From the NCBI GenBank assembly GCA_965199755.1, contig CBDASZ010000001.1, positions 96,001-160,000 of the forward strand: a stretch of DNA of 64,000 nt, given 5' to 3'. The notes below the pieces were generated by a model. The model was not told the DNA's origin. It made no database searches and was given only the letters and a program-made list of their open reading frames with translations. The position numbers and the translations under genes are program-made. This document shows, piece by piece, positions 10,814 through 20,319 of the stretch. How positions within the stretch are numbered: the first letter of the stretch is position 1; each line of letters opens with the position of its first letter. The DNA is from an uncultured candidatus Porisulfidus sp. Its GTDB lineage: Bacteria; Pseudomonadota; Gammaproteobacteria; Poriferisulfidales; Poriferisulfidaceae.

Positions 10814-11721
10814 ACTTTGTCAGTTCCATAGATGTAATGGTCATGCTGGTGTGACAAATCTGTAGGCACTTTCTCCCATGCCTTCTCAGGAACTTTCTTG
10901 GAAAGATCCAAGACAACATCCTGAATACTGGGAACGTTAGGATCAAAACTGTCTCCTCCGGCAGGCTCAATTTTCAGCCACTCTACATTGTTAATTCTTT
11001 TTAGTGCTCCGTCCGGACCATACTCTCCGCACCCTCTAACGCGCAACTGTACAGACGCATAACCTATGAGCGCTTTGATGACGTCTGACTCTTGAGTGTC
11101 CGAGAACTCCACCTGCACATTCACTTTATCGTCTAACCAAATGTGAAAACATTTTCTGTGAACATCCACCACCAATACGCGACCAGTTATTTCCAACTCA
11201 TCTATATACGCGCTCCCTGAAGATTCAGCGAATCTTTGGCGCGCCTTCGAAGAAACAGGTGTCATTTCCTGATCAGGCGGTGCCAACTGCATCTCCGCGT
11301 CATCTGGCAACTTTTTCCCTAGCGGCACTAAATGAGACAGCATTTCTTTCGTGATGCCTTTAGGAAAAAGTTTCTCATTTTCAGCGGATTTAAGTGCTTG
11401 GTAGATCAAAGAGACCGACTCATCCACCAGCTCATGGTCTTCAAAAATCTCGCGTTGCCCCGAATTATCTCGCATTAATTCAAATGGAATAGTAGTGCTT
11501 CCCACTTCAATTCTCTTAATGACAAGTTTGGTGTGCTCATCAAAACTTTTAGGCAAGCGATCAGAGCCCGGATGGCGTCTCTTCCAGACAATCTTCGCCA
11601 TCTCCGAGACAATTTTCTGAAATCGCATCAGTTCTTCGAGGGCGCACGAATCAAGTGCACACTCGTCGTAGTGCGCGCCCTTAAAACGCAAGCACGCAAC
11701 TTCTCGCTTTTGATCGCTCAT
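10810..11721 (-). CDS. 303-aa hypothetical protein ending in an antitoxin-like tail (PTDLSHQHDHYIYG)
   Basis: AT-rich ORF whose stop overlaps the PIN start (GTGA); tail resembles small PIN-associated antitoxins. Confidence 0.75.
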   Translation of the reverse strand: MSDQKREVACLRFKGAHYDECALDSCALEELMRFQKIVSEMAKIVWKRRHPGSDRLPKSFDEHTKLVIKRIEVGSTTIPFELMRDNSGQREIFEDHELVDESVSLIYQALKSAENEKLFPKGITKEMLSHLVPLGKKLPDDAEMQLAPPDQEMTPVSSKARQRFAESSGSAYIDELEITGRVLVVDVHRKCFHIWLDDKVNVQVEFSDTQESDVIKALIGYASVQLRVRGCGEYGPDGALKRINNVEWLKIEPAGGDSFDPNVPSIQDVVLDLSKKVPEKAWEKVPTDLSHQHDHYIYGTDKV

Positions 11722-11977
11722 GATATAAACTCCATAAGGCGTAAGGCTTTGAGTTCCAGGAACATCTATAAGCCAACATTAACCTTGGATAGAGCATAAG
11801 ATTATATACAAGAGAGGGAAGTCCTGCGTGTGAAATTGCCGAAAAAATTAATAATAGATAGACTCTTCCAGAGTATTCTTTTTGCAGAAGATTATTCTGC
11901 AAAAGTCAACAGAAAAGACTGCGTGTTAAGAATTAAATCTCCCTCATCCCGTAAAATGGCGTCCCAATTCCCGGTAT

Positions 11978-12054
11978 CGGAGTGTAGCTCAGCCTGGTAG
12001 AGCGCTGCCTTCGGGAGGCAGAGGCCGGAGGTTCAAGTCCTCTCACTCCGACCA
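11978..12054 (+). tRNA. tRNA-Pro(CGG)
   Basis: Cloverleaf, anticodon loop TTCGGGA, GTTCAA T-loop, CCA end. Confidence 0.97.
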
Positions 12055-12086
12055 CGCGCCCGCACTCAAACCTTCCCCGCATTCTC

Positions 12087-12983
12087 ATGGACCGCAAGCT
12101 CGCCCAACAGACCGTACACGTCCTGATCGAGGCGCTGCCGTACATTCAGGAGTTCAGCGGCTGTTCCGTGGTGGTCAAGTACGGCGGCAACGCCATGACT
12201 GACGAAACCCTGAAATCCGGATTCGCGCGCGATCTGGTGCTGATGCAGCAGGTCGGCATCCGCCCGGTCGTGGTGCACGGCGGCGGCCCGCAGATCGGAG
12301 AGCGACTGGCGGAACAAGGCATTCAGAGCGAATTTATCGACGGCTTGCGGGTCACCGACCCTCAGACCATGAAGGTCGTCGAGACCGTGCTTGGTGATGT
12401 CATCAACACGGAGATTGTCGAACTGATCCGCCAGCATGGCGGACGCGCCGTTGGTGTCACCGGCAAGAGCAGCGGCTTCATTCATGCCAAGAGCATGCAG
12501 ATTGAACGCACCGAGTCGGGCAGCGACACCCCTGAGGTTATTGATCTCGGTCACACCGGAACGGTCACGACCATTGACCCGGATCCAATCGTAGCCATGG
12601 AAGATGCCGGCCAAATTCCAATCATCGCGCCCATCGGCATCGGATCTGACGGCGAGAGTTACAACGTCAACGCCGACACCGCCGCCAGTCATATCGCGGT
12701 GGCCCTGCAAGCCGAGAAATTGATGATGCTGACCAACCAGCACGGGGTACTGGACGCGCAAGGCGCGCTACTGAGTGGATTGACTCCCGACGCGCTCGCC
12801 TCACTGATCGCTGACGGAACCATTCACGGCGGCATGGTGCCAAAGACACGCTGCGCGATGAATGCCTTGATAGGCGGTGTGCACAGTGTGCACATCATTG
12901 ACGGGCGGGTGCCGCACGCCGTGCTTTTGGAAGTCTTTACTCGCGAGGGCATCGGCACCCTGATCTCGGCCGACGCAGGCTGA
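12087..12983 (+). CDS. argB: acetylglutamate kinase
   Basis: EALPYI, VVKYGGNAM, VHGGGPQI, NVNAD, GGMVPK. Confidence 0.97.
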   Translation: MDRKLAQQTVHVLIEALPYIQEFSGCSVVVKYGGNAMTDETLKSGFARDLVLMQQVGIRPVVVHGGGPQIGERLAEQGIQSEFIDGLRVTDPQTMKVVETVLGDVINTEIVELIRQHGGRAVGVTGKSSGFIHAKSMQIERTESGSDTPEVIDLGHTGTVTTIDPDPIVAMEDAGQIPIIAPIGIGSDGESYNVNADTAASHIAVALQAEKLMMLTNQHGVLDAQGALLSGLTPDALASLIADGTIHGGMVPKTRCAMNALIGGVHSVHIIDGRVPHAVLLEVFTREGIGTLISADAG

Positions 12984-12989
12984 GTCGAT

Positions 12990-15900
12990 TTAAGCCGCCC
13001 AGACTTCCTGTAGTTTGCGCCACAAGACCCGCGTTTCAAGCCGCAAATCGTCCACAATCAGGTAGATGCACGGCAGCGCCAGCAATATCAGGAAGGTCGC
13101 GAATAGCAAGCCAAAACCAAGGCTGGCCGCCATCGGAGTCAGAATGCGAGTCTGTCCACTGGCGAAGAAAATCAGCGGCGACACGCCAAGGAAGGTGGTC
13201 ACAGAAGTCAGCAGTATCGGGCGAAAGCGCGCCCGACCGGCATGCAGTACGGCCTCCATGCGCTCAATTCCTTTCCGGCGCTCCTCCTCAGCGAAATTGA
13301 TCAGTACCAGAGAATCGTTGACCACCACGCCAATCAGCGCCAGAATGCCGACCAGTGACAGGAACTGAACATGAATCCCAAGCAGTGAATGCCCAAGTAC
13401 CACGCCGACCAGACAGAAAGGAATGGAGAACATCACCACCAAAGGATCCAGCACCGACTTGAATAGCAACGCCAGAATGAAGAAGATCAGAATCAGAGCG
13501 ACGGTGACGGCAAATTGCATGTCCGTGGTCGCATCCAGTGCTTCCTGCTTCTCTCCCAGATAGGTCAGTTCCACATCATCGCGATACGCAAAGCGCTCGC
13601 CCAACTCCTGATCCACCAGATCCGTGATGATGCCGGCTGTGGTGGTCCTCTCATCCACATCGGCCGACACCGTGATCATGCGCTGACCATCGCGGCGATG
13701 CACGGAAGTCAGACTGCGCGTGGCTTCAATATCCGCGACGTCCTCCAGATACACCACGCCGTCGGGCACCACCACCGGAATCTTTCCGAAGTCCGCGGAA
13801 CTGCCGCGCGTGGATGGCTCATACAGCAACCGCACCGGAATCCGGTGTCCCTGAAAACTGGTATACAGCACCCGGTCACCTTGATAGCCAACCCGCACCG
13901 CGGCACCCAGTGCTGATTGCGTGAGGCCCAGCTCCCGACCACGATCATTGAGCGTGTACTGATACTCGACCTTGCCGGGCATCAGATTGTGCTGCACGTC
14001 TTCCACGCCTTCGATCTGGCGCAAGAAGTCTTTGATCACCTCGGCTTCGGCCAGCAGCACCTCAAAATCCTGTCCGACCAGACCGATTTCAATATCAGCA
14101 CCCGGCGGTCCGGCCTCAGGTGACATTACCAGCAGGCGCTGAATCCCGGTTACGGCTTTCAGGCGCTCACGGGTCAGCGAGCGCAGTTCCTGATTACGCC
14201 GCTCGCGCGTCCCCGCCGCATCAAAATTCAGACTGACCACCGGATTGACGTAGGTTTCCAGCCAGCCCTCTGGCGCTGACGGCGTCAACTCCACATTGAT
14301 ATTCAGCTGATTGCCACCGTAACTGAGTTTCTCGCCGAACATGGAGAAACCGATATTGGTCTGAATGTTCAGCACTTCGTCCTCGCGCAACACTTCACTC
14401 AAGGCCGATTCCACGCGCTCCGCAAGCAAGGTTGTGTCCCTCAGGCCGTAGGTGCTGGGCGCTTCGATGTTGATGCTGAACTCGTCCAGATCCAGACCAG
14501 GGAACTGGGAGTACGACAGCCGGGTCATTCCCCAGATCAGAACAATGACCAATATGCCAATGGTGCCCAGCAGCACCAGATAACGGTTGTGAATGCAGTG
14601 GTCAAGCACCGCGCAGTAGCGCGTATGCACTATCTTCCATATCTGATCCCTGCGCCGGTTGTGCTGCAGGCGCAGCAGTTCAGCGGCATGGCTCGGCATG
14701 ATCAGGAAGACTTCCATCAACGACCCCGCCAGCGCCGCGATCACCACGATCGGAATCACTTCCACATATTTGCCCAGTATTCCGCCAATATTGAACATCG
14801 GCAGAAACGCAGCTGCCGATGTCAGCACCGCGGCGATCACCGGCCACATGACTTCTTTGGCACCCCGCTCCGCTGCCACATGCGGCTCAATGCCTTCCTC
14901 CAAATGTCGATAGGAGTTCTCGGCGATGATGATGGCATCATCCACCACCAGTCCCAACGCCACCAAAAACGCCGTCGCGCTGACCAGATTGATAGTGTGC
15001 CCCGCCAATGACACCAGAATCACGCCGGTCAGCATGGCGACCGGGATGCCCAGCGCCGTAATCAGCGCGGTGCGGAAATTCAACAGAAAATTCATCGCCA
15101 GCAGCAACAGCAACAGCGCCACCACCCCGGCTGATTTCAGCGTCTGAAGCCGCCGTTCGATCCACACCGAGGTGTCCCGAAACAGGCCGTACTTGATGTC
15201 GGACTCGCGCGGCGTGTTAGCCAGAAAGTCCCGAATCCGCTGCACCACGACAGCAGAGGAGGAATACTCCGTCTTAAACACATACAGACCGATCGCAGGC
15301 GCACCATTGAAGCGCCCGGCGGTCTGAACTTCCTCCAGTTCCATGTTGATGAGGGCCAGATCCCTGAGACGCAACTGTCCGCCCTGAGGGTTGCCACGCA
15401 CCACCACGTTGCCGATCGCCTCCAGATCCTTGGCCCCATAACCGCGCAGCAAAATATCGCCTTCCTGCGCGTAAATCGTGCCGCCCGGAGTATCGCTCAG
15501 GTTGTCGCGCAAGGCGCGACGGACTTCTTCCAGACTGACGCCCAGCGCGGCCAGTTGCCGCGGATCGATCTGCACCCACATCTCCCAGTCGCGATCGCCG
15601 GTGGTGAAACGAATCTCGGACACTCCCGGTACCGTCAGCAGTTGTCGGCGCAATTCCTCCGCCTGCAGTTGCAGACGAAACTCCGACACCTCTCCATACA
15701 CCGAGACGTTGATTAACGGATGCGGTGACTTGATGCGCGTCACCAGCGGATCATCAGCCGCTTCCGGCAGATTGTCCATGGCCTGAACTTCGTCGCGAAC
15801 CCGCTGCAGCATGTCATCCACATCCGCGTTCTCAAGCAGCTCAATGCGAATATTGGAAGATCCCTCGCGCGACGTCGATGTAATATTCTTGATATCTGGC

Positions 15901-16115
15901 AGATCGTTGACTTCTTCCTCAATGCTTAAAGTCACCTGGCGTTCGACCTCACTGGGAGACGCGCCCTCAAACGAGGTCGCGATCTCGATCTTGTCCATCG
16001 GGATCACCGGGAAGATCTCTTGTGGCGTCTTCTGCCAGGAGAGGACGCCGACCACCACCACCACCACCATGACCAGGTTGGCGACAAAAGGGTTGCGCAG
16101 CGAAAAATGAATCAT
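12990..16115 (-). CDS. RND efflux transporter permease (AcrB/AcrD/AcrF family)
   Basis: 1041 aa; GLVVDDAIIIAEN, GVVVNDSLVL, RFRPILLTSVTT. Confidence 0.93.
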   Translation of the reverse strand: MIHFSLRNPFVANLVMVVVVVVGVLSWQKTPQEIFPVIPMDKIEIATSFEGASPSEVERQVTLSIEEEVNDLPDIKNITSTSREGSSNIRIELLENADVDDMLQRVRDEVQAMDNLPEAADDPLVTRIKSPHPLINVSVYGEVSEFRLQLQAEELRRQLLTVPGVSEIRFTTGDRDWEMWVQIDPRQLAALGVSLEEVRRALRDNLSDTPGGTIYAQEGDILLRGYGAKDLEAIGNVVVRGNPQGGQLRLRDLALINMELEEVQTAGRFNGAPAIGLYVFKTEYSSSAVVVQRIRDFLANTPRESDIKYGLFRDTSVWIERRLQTLKSAGVVALLLLLLAMNFLLNFRTALITALGIPVAMLTGVILVSLAGHTINLVSATAFLVALGLVVDDAIIIAENSYRHLEEGIEPHVAAERGAKEVMWPVIAAVLTSAAAFLPMFNIGGILGKYVEVIPIVVIAALAGSLMEVFLIMPSHAAELLRLQHNRRRDQIWKIVHTRYCAVLDHCIHNRYLVLLGTIGILVIVLIWGMTRLSYSQFPGLDLDEFSINIEAPSTYGLRDTTLLAERVESALSEVLREDEVLNIQTNIGFSMFGEKLSYGGNQLNINVELTPSAPEGWLETYVNPVVSLNFDAAGTRERRNQELRSLTRERLKAVTGIQRLLVMSPEAGPPGADIEIGLVGQDFEVLLAEAEVIKDFLRQIEGVEDVQHNLMPGKVEYQYTLNDRGRELGLTQSALGAAVRVGYQGDRVLYTSFQGHRIPVRLLYEPSTRGSSADFGKIPVVVPDGVVYLEDVADIEATRSLTSVHRRDGQRMITVSADVDERTTTAGIITDLVDQELGERFAYRDDVELTYLGEKQEALDATTDMQFAVTVALILIFFILALLFKSVLDPLVVMFSIPFCLVGVVLGHSLLGIHVQFLSLVGILALIGVVVNDSLVLINFAEEERRKGIERMEAVLHAGRARFRPILLTSVTTFLGVSPLIFFASGQTRILTPMAASLGFGLLFATFLILLALPCIYLIVDDLRLETRVLWRKLQEVWAA

Positions 16116-16209
16116 GTCAGCCTCAAGTAATCCTCAAAGCCATAGATAGCGCCGAGGATCCAGCGCAGTTGCGGCCGCCGGAGACCCCAGAAACGGCCGA
16201 CGGCTCGGA

Positions 16210-17409
16210 TCATGAGCCGTCGCGGATCACCACGCGGCGGCGGACATCCACCGCAGCCACATCACGCGCCACAATAAGCTCGCCAGCACGTACCGACCCC
16301 TCAATCACCTGCAACTCGCCGACGCGCGGACCCAGACTAACGTCCACCCGCTGCAAGCGATCTCCTTCAATGCGAAACACGGACTGCCCAGAAATCTCAA
16401 CGCGAACCGCCGCCACCGGCACCACCAGCACCCCGCGCAAGGAAGACAGCGGCAATCGCACCCGCGCCAACTGTCCCGACAGCGCGGCGTCGCCCGGAAT
16501 CCGCACGCGCAAGGCAAACGTATAGGTGCGCGGGTCCGGGTCCGCGCGCAATGCGACCAGCGTGCCCGGCACCTGCCTCTGGTCGACCTCCACATCCAGC
16601 ATCTGCCCCAATTCCAGTGCTGCGGCCGTCTCTCCATCCACCTCCACATAAAAGTCCAGCGCCGAAGAATCAATCACAGTCATCACGGGCTGATCGCCGG
16701 TAATGCGATCGCCGACTTCCACATCCACAGTATTGACCTGTCCGTCAAAGGGCGCGACCAGCCGGGTGCGCTCCAGATCTCGCCGCGCCCGATCCGCGGC
16801 CACTTGCTTGAGTTCAAGGCGCTGATCCGCGCCGTGGACCATCGCTTCCAGCGAGGCTTTCTCGGATTCGATGCCGGCCAGCATCTGTTCCGCCGCATTC
16901 AGCGCTGATTGCGACACCAGCGCTTTCTGATTCAACTCGCGCAACCGCTCGGACTCCTTGCGCTGCAAGTCGCGTTGGCGCGTCACCTGCTTCAGACGCA
17001 CGCGATCGCGTTCTACATAGCGCTGCTCCAGTTCCAGTTCCGCGCGGGCGGTGCGGTCCTGATCCATGAAGTCGCGATCATCCAGCACCAGCATCTCATC
17101 GCCCTTGCGTACCTGCATGCCTGGCTCCACCGAGCGCACCCGCAACTGACCGGTGAGATCAAAGCGCAACTCCGCGCTGCGCATCGGCAGCAAGCGTCCG
17201 GTGTAGATCGCTTCCGGCGTAATGTCACGCTGCTGCACAGCGTAAGCTTCCACCGCCATCTCCGGCAATTCGTTCAGTTTGGCTTCCGGCTTCGGCGCGG
17301 TCGCAAGCAGGCTCGCGGAAATCAGTGCCAGCAACACGAGCAGGGCGAGCGCCCACCGGCCCGAATGCGGAATGCGGCGCGCTACAGAATGCAGGACTTC
17401 ATGCGCCAT
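16210..17409 (-). CDS. RND periplasmic adaptor (membrane fusion protein)
   Basis: N-terminal TM, coiled coil, LVAPFDGQV, next to the RND permease. Confidence 0.9.
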   Translation of the reverse strand: MAHEVLHSVARRIPHSGRWALALLVLLALISASLLATAPKPEAKLNELPEMAVEAYAVQQRDITPEAIYTGRLLPMRSAELRFDLTGQLRVRSVEPGMQVRKGDEMLVLDDRDFMDQDRTARAELELEQRYVERDRVRLKQVTRQRDLQRKESERLRELNQKALVSQSALNAAEQMLAGIESEKASLEAMVHGADQRLELKQVAADRARRDLERTRLVAPFDGQVNTVDVEVGDRITGDQPVMTVIDSSALDFYVEVDGETAAALELGQMLDVEVDQRQVPGTLVALRADPDPRTYTFALRVRIPGDAALSGQLARVRLPLSSLRGVLVVPVAAVRVEISGQSVFRIEGDRLQRVDVSLGPRVGELQVIEGSVRAGELIVARDVAAVDVRRRVVIRDGS

Positions 17410-17566
17410 GCGTCACAGCCCCGAAGAAACGATAATACTCATAAATGCCATTATAGTAAGGGAAATGGCGTGACCCTAAGCGTATCAGGGTGAGTGCCGC
17501 GCAAGCACAACACCGCGAGAAAGGTTAAAATTGTCGTCTACCTGCGGCGTGGCGCGGCGTATCCGT

Positions 17567-17640
17567 TGGGGGATCGTCTAGTGGTAGGACTGCGGACTCT
17601 GACTCCGCCAGCGGGGGTTCGAATCCCTCTCCCCCAGCCA
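17567..17640 (+). tRNA. tRNA-Gln(CTG)
   Basis: Cloverleaf, anticodon loop CTCTGAC, CCA end. Confidence 0.96.
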
Positions 17641-17737
17641 TTTGAACGCATTGCGCGGTGACGCAACAAGGCTTTTTCCGCATTGTGATGTTCGGGGTGT
17701 TTTGCGCGAATGGCGCAAAACAGGTACGCTTGTGCAC

Positions 17738-17827
17738 GGAGAGTTGCCGGAGTGGTCGAACGGGGCGGTCTCGAAAACCGTTGTGCAACGTGTTGCACCG
17801 AGGGTTCGAATCCCTCACTCTCCGCCA
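17738..17827 (+). tRNA. tRNA-Ser(CGA)
   Basis: Long variable arm, anticodon loop CTCGAAA, CCA end. Confidence 0.96.
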
Positions 17828-17845
17828 TTTTGAAGGCAGGCGCAA

Positions 17846-17882
17846 GACAAGGGTCTGTCCGCGAAACGGACAGACCCTTGTC
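17846..17882. terminator. 16-bp perfect hairpin between convergent tRNA-Ser and porin gene (probable bidirectional terminator)
   Basis: GACAAGGGTCTGTCCG-cgaaa-CGGACAGACCCTTGTC; no clear U-tract. Confidence 0.6.
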
Positions 17883-17920
17883 CTCTTTCCTAGGCCATGC
17901 GGCCCGTATGCCGCTAAGGC

Positions 17921-18799
17921 TTAAAGCCCGAAAGCGTAGCCGATGCTCACCGTCAAGCGGGTCTCATCATCAATGTGCTTGTCGGAATCCACCACCGCAA
18001 TGGCGAAGTCCAGGTCACTGATGGTGGTCACATAGCCGATTTCGATGTAATCGCCTTCCGCATCGCCCTTGTCCTCGTCATCTTCAAGAACGCCGTAAGT
18101 GCCAAAAGTCACATATGCGCCCTTGTAGTCCAAGGTTAGCATGGCAATGTCGTAGTCGTTGTCGGCCGCGCCGCAGAAGTTTTCATGCTCGCCGATGGCG
18201 TAGTCCAGGGCGACCGTGAAGTCATCCTTGGCGTAGGCCACGCCGAGATTGATCTCGTCGTAATCCTGGTCGAAGCCGGTGCCAACACATTCCATCGCCG
18301 CCTCATAGTCGGCTTTGGTTGCAGCGTCCAGAGCATCGTATTCAGCCATCGTATACTCCATGTCTTCACCTTCGTCATCACCCACATACGTGTACTGATA
18401 AGTCGGTGTAGACGTCACCTCGCCACCGCCGGCAGGTGCCATAATCCGAGGCATTCCCATGACCATTTCCAAGGAGCCCTCATCATCCTCGGTATAGCGA
18501 TACGCGGTATAGCCGGCATACACTGACAAGCCGTTGTCGAACTCCCAGCCAAATCCGCCATACACGTCGATCTCGACGCCGCTGCCGGAGTCCAGATCAG
18601 CGAACCAGGTGCCCAGATAGAACGGCCCGGTCGCCAGATCAACGCCGCCATTGGCGACCGCGTCGGCCTGATGGAAGCCGCGATAAATGTAATCGGACAT
18701 CATGCCCAGATTGGCCGACAGATCCAGTTCGGCATGGGCGGGCAGTGACGCACCGCTGGTGACTACCGCAAATGCGGCAATTAATTTCCAGTTTTTCAT
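17921..18799 (-). CDS. TorF/TIGR02001-like putative outer-membrane porin
   Basis: Signal peptide, SANLGMMSDYIYRG, GGVD, FYLGTW, EIDVYGG, C-terminal aromatic strand. Confidence 0.8.
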   Translation of the reverse strand: MKNWKLIAAFAVVTSGASLPAHAELDLSANLGMMSDYIYRGFHQADAVANGGVDLATGPFYLGTWFADLDSGSGVEIDVYGGFGWEFDNGLSVYAGYTAYRYTEDDEGSLEMVMGMPRIMAPAGGGEVTSTPTYQYTYVGDDEGEDMEYTMAEYDALDAATKADYEAAMECVGTGFDQDYDEINLGVAYAKDDFTVALDYAIGEHENFCGAADNDYDIAMLTLDYKGAYVTFGTYGVLEDDEDKGDAEGDYIEIGYVTTISDLDFAIAVVDSDKHIDDETRLTVSIGYAFGL

Positions 18800-18941
18800 T
18801 ACTATTCCCCTGTAATGTGACGTTTCCGTCGTTGTAGTATCCCACAAAACTTATACGATTCCAACCTTATCAGGCAGTATAGGTTCTGGGGAAAGTTTTT
18901 TGATCCGGGATCACGCCCGAATCGGGTTCAGTACGCGAGTA

Positions 18942-19337
18942 TTAACGTTTCGAGTACTGAATATCTTTGCGAGCCTTTCTCAGCCCCACTTTCTTTCGTT
19001 CTACTATTCTGGCGTCGCGGGTCAGGTGACCCCCTTGTCGCAGAATCGGACGATACTCTTCTTCATTCACTTCCAAAAGCGCCCGGGCAATGCCCAGTTT
19101 GATTGCGCCGCTCTGTCCTGTAATGCCGCCGCCGCGTACCGTGGCCTCCATATCGTACTGCCCCAACAGACCACAACTCACCAAAGGCTGGCATAACTGA
19201 ATGCGTGCCGTCTCGCGCCCGAAGTAATCCTCCAGGTCGCGCTTATTCACCCGCATCTTGCCGGTGCCTTCATACAAACGCACCCGCGCCGTCGAGTCCT
19301 TGCGCCGTCCGGTTCCCTGATACACCACGCGCGCCAT
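18942..19337 (-). CDS. rpsI: 30S ribosomal protein S9
   Basis: [34 protein letters not shown]. Confidence 0.98.
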   Translation of the reverse strand: MARVVYQGTGRRKDSTARVRLYEGTGKMRVNKRDLEDYFGRETARIQLCQPLVSCGLLGQYDMEATVRGGGITGQSGAIKLGIARALLEVNEEEYRPILRQGGHLTRDARIVERKKVGLRKARKDIQYSKR

Positions 19338-19339
19338 CG

Positions 19340-19786
19340 TTAGGCCTCCAGCGCAATCGGCTGCTGTGCCGCGTGCGCATGCTCGGCTCCGGAATACACG
19401 TGCAGGCGACGCATCATTTCACGGCCCAGCCGCGTCTTCGGCAGCATGCCGCGAATCGCCAACTCCACAATCCGCTCCGGCGCACGCGCCTGCAGATTCT
19501 CAAAGGATTCGCTGCGCAGATGGCCGATATAGCCGGTGTGGTGGTGATACATCTTGTCCGTGCGCTTGTTGCCAGTCACCTGAATATCCTGTGCGTTGAG
19601 CACAATGACATGATCGCCCATATCCACGTGCGGCGTCCAGTCCGCGCGGTGCTTGCCACGCAAATAATGCGCGACGCGCGCGGCCAATCGGCCAAGCACC
19701 TGGTCAGAACTGTCCACGACGTACCACTGGCCGTTGCCGGCCTTGGCACTGACAGTACTGCGGGTCAGATTCTGCTTTTTCATCAC
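19340..19786 (-). CDS. rplM: 50S ribosomal protein L13
   Basis: [29 protein letters not shown]. Confidence 0.98.
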   Translation of the reverse strand: MMKKQNLTRSTVSAKAGNGQWYVVDSSDQVLGRLAARVAHYLRGKHRADWTPHVDMGDHVIVLNAQDIQVTGNKRTDKMYHHHTGYIGHLRSESFENLQARAPERIVELAIRGMLPKTRLGREMMRRLHVYSGAEHAHAAQQPIALEA

Positions 19787-19875
19787 GCGGGCGTGAAAAG
19801 TAAAGGGGCAATTTTAGCACACGCGACTTTATCGCGTGGCTTCTCTGACACAGCAAATAAGGATTCTCCTCGCTC

Positions 19876-20124
19876 TTATTCCGGCAATTCCCCCCACATC
19901 AGCCATCCGGTACGGGCGAAAGCCCGAGAGCCTTCCGCGACTTTTTCCTTTGAACGAATCTTGTCGTAACACAGATCAAAAGCCTGATAGTCTGTCAACT
20001 CAAGCAGATACTGCACATACTCCGCCAGCCAAATAGGCAAGCGAATTTCGTTGAACGGATTGAGTTTGCCTCCATGCTCATCCTCAAACACCTCGCAAAA
20101 GTACCACTTGTCCTCATCGGGCAA
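19876..20124 (-). CDS. small hypothetical protein or gene fragment
   Basis: 82-aa ORF with globular-like composition, weak TTG start, fills an intergenic gap. Confidence 0.35.
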   Translation of the reverse strand: MPDEDKWYFCEVFEDEHGGKLNPFNEIRLPIWLAEYVQYLLELTDYQAFDLCYDKIRSKEKVAEGSRAFARTGWLMWGELPE

Positions 20125-20209
20125 GTGGTGCCGTGTTTCGAGCCTGCGACTTCCACATGTCGAACTGATCCTGAAGCGCCTGATCAGGCGCGATGTGGGA
20201 GCGGTAAGA

Positions 20210-20231
20210 GTGTCATACAGTTTTCACAAAT
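20210..20231 (+). promoter_or_regulatory. Pho box (PhoB site)
   Basis: GTGTCAT-ACAG-TTTTCAC, 11-bp periodic repeat upstream of pstS. Confidence 0.7.
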
Positions 20232-20319
20232 TTTCTGTGTAATAACCGCTGGCATTCGGGGGCTCCCCGATGCCATTATCAGTTTTAGCTCAAAATAACC
20301 GACAGAGGCACACATTGAA

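Noticed and set aside
10258-11977. tRNA-Pro-integrated mobile element
   Set aside because: The patch lies 5' of the tRNA, with no integrase and no duplicated tRNA 3' end.
17641-17737. Extra ncRNA between tRNA-Gln and tRNA-Ser
   Set aside because: Only short hairpins typical of tRNA operon spacers.
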